Shown here piece by piece: positions 28,910 through 37,726 of a stretch of 64,000 nucleotides of DNA. The notes beneath the pieces were generated by a model. That model searched no databases, was not told the DNA's origin, and saw nothing but the letters and a program-made list of their open reading frames with translations. The DNA is from an uncultured Solirubrobacteraceae bacterium (lineage in GTDB: Bacteria; Actinomycetota; Thermoleophilia; Solirubrobacterales; Solirubrobacteraceae): assembly GCA_964588985.1 (NCBI GenBank), contig CAZPQW010000017.1, forward strand, positions 1 to 64,000, read 5' to 3'. Within the stretch, counting starts at the first letter, position 1, and every line of letters starts with the position of its first letter. A program made the position numbers and the translations under genes.

Positions 28910-29808
28910 TGCGGACTGACCTTGTAGGCGGGGAGGACATTCTCGCCAAAGTGACTTCGTTGCAGGACCAGTGGGAGGACGCACGCGCGGCACGCGAGGA
29001 TGCGGCCCAGGCGCTGAAGGCTGCGAGAGCAGCCGACATCGCTGCGGGGGCTGAGTCCCTGCGCACCGGAGCGAAGACCCCGGCCCCCACAGAGCCGGAT
29101 GCGCAGAAGGCGCTGACCGACGCGGAGAGGCACCTGGAGATCGTCGCGCTCGCGCTCGCCAAGGAGCGGGAGGCGCTGAACGCCGACCTCGCATCGCGCA
29201 GCGACGAGATACGTGCATCGCTCGCCACGGCCGAGGACGACGCCGACGAGGCGATCCTGTCCGCGCTTACGCAGGTCGAGGATCTTCTGCACGAGCGCGC
29301 CGAGATCAAAGCGCACATCCACTGGCTCGATGACACGTCCCGGCAGGTCGGCCGGTACAACGTCCAGGGTCTCGACGCCCTCGCAGGGCTGAGGGCGCAG
29401 CTAGGCGACGAACCGGGCAACGCGACGAGCAGACGCCAGGAGAAGCTGGACCACGAGGCGCGCGTCGAGGCGTGGAACGCACTCACCCAGCGGGCCAGGG
29501 CGACGGTCCCGTCATCGCAGCTCGTCCCGGTCGAAGACGTCGATAACCCGTCCGGCAAGTCGTACCCCGCGCTGGATGCGGCCATCGAACGTGAGTACGA
29601 ACGGATGATCGAGGCAGGCGAAACGCCGCCCGCCCCGGTGGTGGTCCGGTGGATCAAAAAGCTAGGCACCGGAGCGAAGCCGAAGGGCAAGGGCACCGGA
29701 TGGGCGAAGGACCCCAGCCCGGAACTGACGCACATGCCACCCGACGAGGACAGCGCGGAGGCGCGCTCCGGCGACATACACAGGACGGAGAACACAGATG
29801 GCAACTAA
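28909..29808 (+). CDS. Coiled-coil-rich hypothetical protein
   Basis: GGAGG RBS, TGATG coupling, Ala/Glu-rich helices. Confidence 0.65.
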   Translation: MRTDLVGGEDILAKVTSLQDQWEDARAAREDAAQALKAARAADIAAGAESLRTGAKTPAPTEPDAQKALTDAERHLEIVALALAKEREALNADLASRSDEIRASLATAEDDADEAILSALTQVEDLLHERAEIKAHIHWLDDTSRQVGRYNVQGLDALAGLRAQLGDEPGNATSRRQEKLDHEARVEAWNALTQRARATVPSSQLVPVEDVDNPSGKSYPALDAAIEREYERMIEAGETPPAPVVVRWIKKLGTGAKPKGKGTGWAKDPSPELTHMPPDEDSAEARSGDIHRTENTDGN

Positions 29809-30169
29809 GAACCTCGTCACACTCGACGGCATCAAGCCGAGCGGGGTCGAGCAGCTTCACGAGCTGACGGGACCTCCATACACGGGCGGCGGCAGGCGTC
29901 CCGCGAAAAGATCGAAGCCAGCTGCGAAAAGACCCGCAGCGAAGTCGAAGACGACGGCGCAGCGCATCGCCGACCTCGAGGCGCGCGTCGATGAGCTGGA
30001 GGCTTACGAGGCGCGCGACGAGTACGGGCATCAGATCTACCCGCCGCCCGCGAACAGCGCATGGGCCGACTCGGGCGAGGCGTTCGAGCGCGCACGCAAG
30101 GCGTGGGCCTTGCGGAACGGGAAGGAACTGCGCAGGCGCGAGGTAGCGGGCGGGCAGCCGCCCCGATGA
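29798..30169 (+). CDS. Hypothetical protein with basic KPAAK segment
   Basis: GGAG RBS, overlaps upstream gene. Confidence 0.6.
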   Translation: MATKNLVTLDGIKPSGVEQLHELTGPPYTGGGRRPAKRSKPAAKRPAAKSKTTAQRIADLEARVDELEAYEARDEYGHQIYPPPANSAWADSGEAFERARKAWALRNGKELRRREVAGGQPPR

Positions 30170-30282
30170 AGCGCGTCTACGCCACGACCGGCAAGGACGG
30201 CCCCAAGCCGGTGCCGATCGTCAAGCACGCCGTGGTGCTGACCAAAGCGCGTGACGTGACCGTCAAGAAGAAGATCAGATGA
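30166..30282 (+). CDS. Small basic peptide (38 aa)
   Basis: MKRVYATTGKDGPKPVPIVKHAVVLTKARDVTVKKKIR; ATGA overlaps at both ends. Confidence 0.4.
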   Translation: MKRVYATTGKDGPKPVPIVKHAVVLTKARDVTVKKKIR

Positions 30283-30616
30283 GCTTTCACTTGCCGGATT
30301 CGCCACCGGCATCACGGCGCGGTTTCCTGTTCCCGCGCCACGGCGGCACGGTCCTTTCCTGGGTCCACCGTGCCGCCTCATCTTCCGCCGCTCTCGCGTT
30401 CGGCGGAAACGGCAGCGCAGCGGGAACACACGGCCCGCTGCGCTGCCACCTTCTTCTAGCCAGGTAATCCTCCCCGCTCAGCATCGAGAGCGGCATCTCG
30501 GACGATCCGTCGCTTCGCGTGAAGGAATAGCCGTCCGGGCTCCCGTTACCCGCGAGTTCACACATTCACAGAATCTCGAACGCCCGTCGAGATTGTGACA
30601 CATTTTCCTGATTCGG

Positions 30617-30645
30617 TTGACAAGTGTGATGCCGCTGTCGATTAT
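30617..30645 (+). promoter_or_regulatory. Sigma70-type promoter
   Basis: TTGACA-17 nt-GATTAT upstream of AAAGGA RBS and ATG 30686. Confidence 0.6.
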
Positions 30646-30685
30646 CGAATCAGCACCACGGTACAAACCCGAGAAAGGAACCACC

Positions 30686-31204
30686 ATGTCAAACGCAGTC
30701 GTCACAAAGCAGGGCCAGCCGTCAGTACCCGGCACCGTCGTTGACACGAGCGCCGCGAAGGTGGTCCCGACCTCCTCCGAGGTCAGGACCGAGGCCGCGA
30801 ACCGGGAGGTCGCCGCGCAGGGCAAGGCGTCACGCGAGAAGATCGGCGCCCTCGCCAAGGGGATGACGGGCGGCGGGAAGAAGCCCGCCGCGAAGGGTAA
30901 GTCCGGTGCGAAGGCGAAGCCCGCCGCAGCCAAGTCACGCGGCATAGGGAACGGCGGCGGACCGTCTGACCGCCTCACGACCGAATGGCTGAGCGCCAAG
31001 AAGCGCGACGTGAAGGTCAAGGATGAAGTCAAGCTGACGACCGGCGCGGTCATCGCGATCGTCGGAAGGTGGACCCGTCGCGCGAAGGACGGGAGCTTGA
31101 CGCCGATGGTGACAGGTCACATCGTGTCGGGGGCTCCCGACGGCAAGAAGAAAGGCGACCGGCACAACGCCATCGCAGCCGAGGTAACGCACACAAGCAA
31201 GTAA
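30686..31204 (+). CDS. Lys/Ala-rich putative nucleic-acid-binding protein
   Basis: GAAAGGA RBS; KKPAAKGKSGAKAKPAAAK linker plus beta-rich C-terminal domain. Confidence 0.7.
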   Translation: MSNAVVTKQGQPSVPGTVVDTSAAKVVPTSSEVRTEAANREVAAQGKASREKIGALAKGMTGGGKKPAAKGKSGAKAKPAAAKSRGIGNGGGPSDRLTTEWLSAKKRDVKVKDEVKLTTGAVIAIVGRWTRRAKDGSLTPMVTGHIVSGAPDGKKKGDRHNAIAAEVTHTSK

Positions 31205-31226
31205 CCTTTTTGACATAGCAGCACTG

Positions 31227-31253
31227 CCGAGCGCCGGACACCATCCGGCGCTC
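31227..31253 (+). terminator. Hairpin after the Lys/Ala-rich gene
   Basis: CGAGCGCCGGA-CACCA-TCCGGCGCTCG. Confidence 0.55.
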
Positions 31254-31389
31254 GTGCTGTCTCAGGGCGCTCGCCCCGGTAAGGATCGACTTTCGCAACC
31301 GGACTGGTGGTTGTAGCTGCGCCGTCGAACTGGGCCGATTAGATGACGATTACACACGCCTCGATTGCAGGTCATACCGGCGCCGTTGA

Positions 31390-32106
31390 TTGTTCGGTGT
31401 AACAGGTAATCCGAGCACGGAGGCGCGTGTGACACTTTCACTGCCGGACGAGGTACGTGCAGCACTGACGGATGCGGGACTGTCGGATGGCGAGGTGCAG
31501 CTCAAGACGGGCGACGAACTACGGGAGGCCATCGGCGACCGGCTCACCTACGAGTTGGTCGTCGCGCTTGCGGGGCAGCGGCTCACGGTCGCACGTAGTG
31601 GCGGCTGGGAAGGACACCTGCCACCGGATGACCTGATCGAGCGCAACCTGGACATACTGCGGCTGCGTATCGTTGAGAAAATGACCTTCGCCGCGATCGG
31701 CCGCGAGGTCGGCTTGACGCACGGCCGCATACCCCAGATCCTCCGGACGTACTACGGCGTGGAGACGGGGCGAGGTCGTAAGGAGCACAAAGACAGGGTG
31801 CTGACGATCCCAGCCGCGTCCGTGCCGATGCTTCGGGAAGCGTTCCTCGGGCGGCTCCAGGGCGCGGCCGAGGATCTGGAGGCGACTGTCCGTGCGGGAG
31901 ACGATGGTTGGTATGCGATGTGGCACGCGGCGCAGGAGGTGGTGAACCTTCTCTTGGAGGTCCAGAAGGACAAGGACACCACGATCAAGGTCGGCAAGCG
32001 CAGGGCGATCATCACGAAGGCGCTGCGCGACCACGCAGACGCGCGCCGCAACCTGAGCGATGAGGACGGCGCGGCGATCTGCGAGCGGCTGCTGGCGGCG
32101 ACCTAG
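31390..32106 (+). CDS. Protein with sigma70 region 4-like HTH
   Basis: RNLDILRLRIVEKMTFAAIGREVGLTHGRIPQIL; start uncertain. Confidence 0.6.
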   Translation: MFGVTGNPSTEARVTLSLPDEVRAALTDAGLSDGEVQLKTGDELREAIGDRLTYELVVALAGQRLTVARSGGWEGHLPPDDLIERNLDILRLRIVEKMTFAAIGREVGLTHGRIPQILRTYYGVETGRGRKEHKDRVLTIPAASVPMLREAFLGRLQGAAEDLEATVRAGDDGWYAMWHAAQEVVNLLLEVQKDKDTTIKVGKRRAIITKALRDHADARRNLSDEDGAAICERLLAAT

Positions 32107-32166
32107 ACGGCGGACGGTTGTCTGTCCTGTGCCTGCCTGTTACCGTTTGTTCCGACCACGACAAAT

Positions 32167-32182
32167 AATTGTCAATCGCGCT
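32167..32182. repeat. attR element arm AATTGTCAATCGC plus core GCT
   Basis: Arm is the inverted counterpart of the attL arm; GCT at 32180-32182. Confidence 0.8.
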
Positions 32183-33278
32183 CGCGCTGACGCAGTGCAC
32201 CGCGCTGATCGCGGGGACGCCGACGTGGCTGCAGATGCTCAAGGGGCTGCTGCTGCTCGGCGTGCTGTGGTGGTCGTGGGTCGGCTACGCCTGGTTGACG
32301 TCGGTGGTCGACCCGGAGGAGGGCTCGGTGCGGCTGGTGATGTTCGCGGCGATGGCGGCGTTCCTGGTGGCGGCGCTGTGCGTGCCGCGGACCTTCGGCG
32401 AGGACGCGCTGCTGTTCGCGCTCGCGTACGGCGTGGTGCGCACCGCGCACATCGCGCTGTTCATGCTCGCGAGCCGCGAGGACGCGGAGCTGCGCCACTC
32501 GGTGCTCGGCCTCGCGGGCAGCACCGCGCTGGGCGTGGGGCTGCTGGTGGTCGCGTCGTTCTTCGGCGGCGTGGTGCAGCTCGGCGTGTGGGGCCTCGCG
32601 CTGGTGCTCGACACGGGCGGCCCGCTGCTGTTCGGCGCGGACGGCTGGAAAATCGTGCCGAGCCACTTCGCGGAGCGCCACGGCGCGATCATCATCATCG
32701 CGCTGGGAGAGTCGGTCGCGGCGATCGGCGCGGGCGCGAGCGCGGGGGTCGACGCGGGCGTGATCGCCGCCGCGGTGCTCGGCACGGCGGTCGCGGGCGC
32801 GCTGTGGTGGCTGTACTTCGACGTGGTCGCGATCGTGGCCGAACGGCGGCTGCTGAAAGCCGAGGAAGGTCGCGAGCGAAACGAGATCGCGCGCGACTCC
32901 TACTCCTTCCTGCACCTGCCGATGGTCGCGGGGATCGCGCTGGTGGCGGTCGGCATGAAACGGACGCTCGAGCACGTCGGCGATCCGCTCGGCGTGGTGA
33001 CGGCCACGGCGATGCTGGGCGGGGGAGCGATGTACCTGCTCGCGCACGTGGCGTTCAGGTGGCGCAACATCCACACGCTCAACCGGCAGCGTCTCTTCTG
33101 CGCGGTCGTGCTGGGCGCGATGCTGCTGGTCGAGGTGGCACTGAAGCCACCCTCGCTGGCGACCCTGGGGGCGCTCGCGGCGCTTCTCAGCCTGCTGATC
33201 GCCTACGAGGCCACCCGCTTCGCGGAGACGCGCGACCGCATCCGCCATCAGCTGGCGCGCGGGAGCGTTCCCAGCTAG
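32181..33278 (+). pseudogene. ltrA: ltrA 3' fragment (365 aa)
   Basis: LALTQCTAL..PTW, WWSWVGYAW, HFAERHG..IIIALGES, LWWLYF, YSFLHLPMVAGI. Confidence 0.88.
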
Positions 33279-33314
33279 ATCCTGCTTGCTTTTCGTCCCT
33301 CGCGGCTGGCACCC

Positions 33315-33800
33315 GTGGGTTCTGTTGGGCTAGGATCGGTGGGAGCTCCCCTCGGCAAGCCAAGCAGTAGGTCAACGATTAGCCCGCCACATATCCAGAG
33401 CAGCAGAGGCACTCATGGTGATGTGCTCACGGCCATCTCGGACGGCATGGTCGCGCTTCTGAAGGAGTTCTACGGGCGAGGACCGACTCGCGCGAAGTCC
33501 TACTACGAGGACGACTTGGTGGTGTGCGTGCTACGCGGCGGCTTCTCGCGCGTCGAGGAGACGCTGCTGGACGGCGGCCGTGGCCACGCCGTGATCCAGC
33601 AGCGCATGGAGTTCCAGGAGGTCATGCGCGACCGGTTCGCTCGCGTGATCGAAGACGCGACCGGACGCAAGGTGATCGGCTTCATGAGCGGAAACCAGCA
33701 GGACCCCGACCTGATGTGCGAGGTGTTCATACTCGCTCCCACAGACCTCCTTGACGCGCACGAGATCCCGGCCAGCGACTCGACCTCCTCTCCCGGCTGA
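33315..33800 (+). CDS. DUF2294/MpsC-family protein
   Basis: ISDGMVALLKEFYGRGPTRAKSY...EDATGRKVIGFMS; true start probably further downstream. Confidence 0.75.
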   Translation: MGSVGLGSVGAPLGKPSSRSTISPPHIQSSRGTHGDVLTAISDGMVALLKEFYGRGPTRAKSYYEDDLVVCVLRGGFSRVEETLLDGGRGHAVIQQRMEFQEVMRDRFARVIEDATGRKVIGFMSGNQQDPDLMCEVFILAPTDLLDAHEIPASDSTSSPG

Positions 33801-33949
33801 ACGGAGGACGCGGCGGGCGGTTGCATCTTCGCCCGATCGGCGCTATCGTCGCTGAGTAGAGGGCATTTACTGCGGTTGGCCTCCTCGGGGACCGGCAACA
33901 CGACCTGACTTCCGGCGTTCGCTCAATGCAACCCGCGAGGAAGGTTCAT

Positions 33950-34354
33950 ATGCCTCAAGCCCCGGTCCTCACCAGCCTCACAGCAGCAAGCAGTTATGTA
34001 GGGCCCTCGCCGTTCGTCTGCACATGGAATCAAGGCGGCTCCGGTGCGGCCTGGGTTCATGCGGCCGGTGAACTGGATCTCGCGACCGCGCCGCAACTTG
34101 CGCAGACTTTGCGGGAAGCCCTCTGTGCTCGCTTGGTCATGCTCGACCTGCGCGAGCTGACCTTCATGGACAGCGCTGGCGTTCATGTCATCCTCGATGC
34201 CGCTCGCGTGGCTCGGCAAGCAGGCGGCCGGCTGATCCTGGTGCGCGGGCCCGCCCACATCGACCGTCTGTTGGCGCTGACCGGCGTCTGCGACGAGGTG
34301 GAGACATTCGAGCTCGACCCGGCGGAGGCGCCCGCCATAGAAATGGTCGCTTAG
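33950..34354 (+). CDS. STAS-domain anti-sigma factor antagonist
   Basis: GELDLATAPQL, LDLRELTFMDSAG. Confidence 0.85.
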   Translation: MPQAPVLTSLTAASSYVGPSPFVCTWNQGGSGAAWVHAAGELDLATAPQLAQTLREALCARLVMLDLRELTFMDSAGVHVILDAARVARQAGGRLILVRGPAHIDRLLALTGVCDEVETFELDPAEAPAIEMVA

Positions 34355-34377
34355 AACCTTCAAACGAAAGGTCTTTC

Positions 34378-34524
34378 ATGGATCTGCTTCTGCTGCTCAT
34401 CATCGTCTTGGTCATTCTCAGCCTCGCCGGCGGCGCCTTCATAAGCCCGCTCGTTCTTCTGCTTCTCGTTGTGGTTGCGCTGCTGTTCGTGGGTCCCTAC
34501 CGGGGTCGACGAAGCCGCCTCTAG
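34378..34524 (+). CDS. Small membrane protein (48 aa)
   Basis: GAAAGG RBS; MDLLLLLIIVLVILSLAGGAFISPLVLLLLVVVALLFVGPYRGRRSRL; below the ORF-track limit. Confidence 0.65.
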   Translation: MDLLLLLIIVLVILSLAGGAFISPLVLLLLVVVALLFVGPYRGRRSRL

Positions 34525-34554
34525 GAGATAGAGGGTCCTTCCACGAAAGGCGAT

Positions 34555-35925
34555 ATGTCGCGCGTGGGAGACTCTGCAGCGACCTCGGATGCGCGGGGTG
34601 AGTTCGAGCCGGCATCCGGTCCAGACCGGGAGTTCGTGGGCGCGACGGGAGTGCGGGCGTATGTTCGAGCGCTCGGGCCGGGTCTGATCACGGGCGCATC
34701 GGATGATGACCCGTCTGGCATCGCCACCTACGCGCAGGCGGGTGCCCGGTTCGGGTTTTCGATGCTGTGGGTCGCACTCCTGACGCTCCCGCTGATGATG
34801 GGGATTCAGGAGATATGCGACCGTACCGCTCTTGCCTCGGGCAAGACTCTCGGCGAGTTGATCACGGTCCATTTCGGCCGGGTCTGGCAGGCCGTGATCG
34901 GGGTGCTGATCGCGGTTCTGGTCGTCGCGAACGCGCTGAACATTGCTGCTGATCTTGTCGCGGTTGGGCAGGGCATGCACCTGTTGCACGCGGGACCGGG
35001 CGCTGTGTGGTCTCTCGTCGCGGGTGCGAGCATCACTGTGGTTCTGGCTGCCGGCTCGTTCCTGTTGATCGCCCGCGTGTTCAAGGTGCTCTGTGCCGCG
35101 CTGCTGGCCTACGTGGCGGTGCTCCTGCTCGTTCACATCCCGTGGGGGACGGTGGCCGTGAACACGGTGATCCCGCACGTACAGCTTTCGTCGGCCTACA
35201 TCGCGCTGCTGGTCGCAGTGCTCGGCACGACGATCTCACCGTATCTGTTCTTCTGGCAGGCCATGCACCGTGTCGAGGAGATGCGAGAGGAGCGGTTGGG
35301 CGGCGAGGAGCCGGTGCCGCTGCGCCTCCGCGGTCAGCGTGCGGGAAAGTCAAAGCAACTGATGAGCCGCCTTGACGTGTTCACCGGCATGGCGTTCTCG
35401 AACATTGTGATGTTCGCCATCATCACAGCGACTGCAGCGACGGTCGGGCGCATGCATCACGTGAGCATCTCCTCCCCGGATCAAGCGGCGGAAGCGCTGC
35501 GCCCTTTGGGTGGCCAGATCGGCTCCTACGTGTTCGCGCTCGGCTTCATCGGCTCGGGCATGCTCGCCATCCCGGTGCTTGCCGGCGCGGGCTCAGCTGC
35601 GATGGCGGGACTGGTCGGCAAGGGAGCCGGCTTTTCCAACTCTCTACGCGAAGCGCCGGTGTTCTACGGACTGTGCGCCGTCGGCACGATCGGCGGCATG
35701 GCGCTCAGCCTGCTCGGCGTGAATCCGATCAAGCTGCTCGTCCTGGTGGCCATCATCAACGGCGTGACCGCGGGGCCATTTCTGATCGTGGTGATGCGCG
35801 TCTCTTCAGACCGCGCGATCATGGGCGAGAGCATCAACGGTGCGCTCGCCCGCTGGCTCGGCTGGGCGACGACCGGACTCATGCTGATCGCCGCAGTCGC
35901 CCTGTTCGCGACCGGAGGCGCGTAG
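34555..35925 (+). CDS. NRAMP-family divalent metal transporter
   Basis: LGPGLITGASDDDPSGIATY, GTTISPYLFFWQ. Confidence 0.9.
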   Translation: MSRVGDSAATSDARGEFEPASGPDREFVGATGVRAYVRALGPGLITGASDDDPSGIATYAQAGARFGFSMLWVALLTLPLMMGIQEICDRTALASGKTLGELITVHFGRVWQAVIGVLIAVLVVANALNIAADLVAVGQGMHLLHAGPGAVWSLVAGASITVVLAAGSFLLIARVFKVLCAALLAYVAVLLLVHIPWGTVAVNTVIPHVQLSSAYIALLVAVLGTTISPYLFFWQAMHRVEEMREERLGGEEPVPLRLRGQRAGKSKQLMSRLDVFTGMAFSNIVMFAIITATAATVGRMHHVSISSPDQAAEALRPLGGQIGSYVFALGFIGSGMLAIPVLAGAGSAAMAGLVGKGAGFSNSLREAPVFYGLCAVGTIGGMALSLLGVNPIKLLVLVAIINGVTAGPFLIVVMRVSSDRAIMGESINGALARWLGWATTGLMLIAAVALFATGGA

Positions 35926-36031
35926 ACAGGCCCGACGGATCGTGGCGTCCGGGTTTGATTCCGTGTACCCATCGCGCTCAGACTCAGATGGCTGCGGCGA
36001 CCTCGTAGGGGCACGCATCAGGCGAACCTGT

Positions 36032-36346
36032 TCAGTCAGCGGCTCCCTCGGCGTCGTCCGCGTGTTTCACGATGTCTCCGTCCTTGAACAGGACACCTTC
36101 GGCGATTTCGCGCCATACGGGAGTCTGGCGTAGCAAGAACTCGAGATCCATCGAGAAGTGCTTGAACTCCTCCTTTTGAGCGTCCGCCATAATCGCCTTT
36201 GCGTCCTCGTTGCTCTCGACCGCAAGTCGCTGCTCGTACCAGCCGATGGCCTCGGCCTCCTCCGTCAGTGAGGCGCACATGCGAGCAAACGTGCGTGTCT
36301 TCGCCGACAGCTCGCCAGCCGGCTCGTGGTATTGGTCAAAGCCCAT
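36032..36346 (-). CDS. Ferritin-like protein of the encapsulated ferritin (EncFtn/Flp) type
   Basis: YHEP..ELS, SLTEEAEAIGWYEQR, EEFKH; AAGGAG RBS. Confidence 0.85.
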   Translation of the reverse strand: MGFDQYHEPAGELSAKTRTFARMCASLTEEAEAIGWYEQRLAVESNEDAKAIMADAQKEEFKHFSMDLEFLLRQTPVWREIAEGVLFKDGDIVKHADDAEGAAD

Positions 36347-36602
36347 CTTGGCTCCTTTTCTCGGATTCGCTGGTCAGGGTCTGTTGAACACCCTATGGAT
36401 CGAACGTGTTCGTTCGTGCCTCCAAGTGCGGTACGCTCTTGAAGAGCACGCGGAAAGCTGGTTGCGAAACTGGTTGTGCGTGCTTCCGCCGCATCAGATT
36501 GGGAATGCTCCGTCGGCGTAGCGCCGCCTTCGCGAATAGGTCCTCTGCACCACCCTCCGGGCGTCGCCCGGAAGGATCGGAGACCAACAGGAGGTTCCTC
36601 TC

Positions 36603-37001
36603 ATGTTTAGAGCCAGGCCAGCAGGGGTTCCTGCTTCCGAAGTCGATCCGAATGGTCGGCCGGTCGAAGCGTCACGCCGGCAAGGCCGACGCGAAGCCGG
36701 CGGTGTCGGTGTGTTCGGGCAGGGCGTGGGCCTGTTGGCGCGCGTCGTTCAGCTCGTTGTGAGCATCGTCGTGTTGATCATCATCGCGGGGATTCTGCTG
36801 GTGGTACTCAAGGCGAATCCGGCCAACAGCATCGTCTCGGAAGTTCATAGCTGGGCGCGCTGGCTCGCCGGCCCGTTCGATGGCATGTTCAGCTTCCACA
36901 GCGCCAACGTCGCTATCGCTGTCAACTGGGGCATCGCCGCGATCGTCTATCTCTGCATCGGCGGACTGATCATGCGGCTGCTCGGCCGCAGCTACCGCTA
37001 G
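36603..37001 (+). CDS. Small membrane protein
   Basis: Two TM segments, LAGPFDGMF, NWGIAAIVY; start uncertain. Confidence 0.65.
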   Translation: MFRARPAGVPASEVDPNGRPVEASRRQGRREAGGVGVFGQGVGLLARVVQLVVSIVVLIIIAGILLVVLKANPANSIVSEVHSWARWLAGPFDGMFSFHSANVAIAVNWGIAAIVYLCIGGLIMRLLGRSYR

Positions 37002-37022
37002 CGCCGCAGGAAACGCCGGTCT

Positions 37023-37703
37023 TTACTTGGTCAGCCCGGCGATCAGGTTGATGGTGGTTGCGATGATGAGCGTCCCGAACGCGTAGGAGAGCAGCGCGTG
37101 GCGCAGGGCTGTCCGACGGATGTTGGTGGTCTTCAGGTTGGTGTCTGAGACCTGGAAGGTCATTCCGATTGTGAGAGCGAGGTACGCGAAGTCGATGTAA
37201 CAGGGCGCTCCCTCCGCGTTGAAGTCGACACCCCCCGCTGTGCCTTCGTAGTAGAGCTTGGCGTAGCGCAGGCTGTAGACGGTGTGAACGACGCTCCAGG
37301 CGAGAACGATGCTGGCGACGCTGAGGCCTACGAGCAGTCCCTTGTCCAGGCCGCTGCTGTGACTGGCGCGCACGAGCACGAGCCCCACCGCGATAAGACT
37401 GGCAACGCTCGCGCTGAGCAGCAGCGCATCGGCGGCGGCGCGGCGCGGATTCTCCCGTCTCGCCTGCTTGGCGGTGCCTGCCGCATCCAGGGGCCACAGG
37501 GAGTGCCACATCCAGCTCACAAAGAGCAACGCCGCAAGGTCCCAGCCGGAAAGGGGAATCAGCCACCACGGACCCACGATCGCGACGACCAGCGCGCCAA
37601 GCGAGCCGGCCCCCGCGGAGGCAGCAACGCGCACCCCCACCGAAGGACCTCTCCGGCGAGACTGGCTCCCGTCAGAGGAGGGCGGGCGAGGGCTCATTGG
37701 CAT
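37023..37703 (-). CDS. DUF1345 membrane protein
   Basis: YAKLYY, GVDF..P.YIDFAYLALTIGMTFQVSDT. Confidence 0.85.
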   Translation of the reverse strand: MPMSPRPPSSDGSQSRRRGPSVGVRVAASAGAGSLGALVVAIVGPWWLIPLSGWDLAALLFVSWMWHSLWPLDAAGTAKQARRENPRRAAADALLLSASVASLIAVGLVLVRASHSSGLDKGLLVGLSVASIVLAWSVVHTVYSLRYAKLYYEGTAGGVDFNAEGAPCYIDFAYLALTIGMTFQVSDTNLKTTNIRRTALRHALLSYAFGTLIIATTINLIAGLTK

Positions 37704-37726
37704 TGAATAGCACGACGGCGCCAGAT

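Larger units (their letters stand above)
22491..32182. mobile_element. 9,692-bp serine-recombinase integrated element (phage-satellite/PICI-like) within ltrA
   Basis: LSR at the left end, att cores at both ends, excision restores the ltrA frame; rep ATPase plus iterons; AT-richer intergenic regions. Confidence 0.9.
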
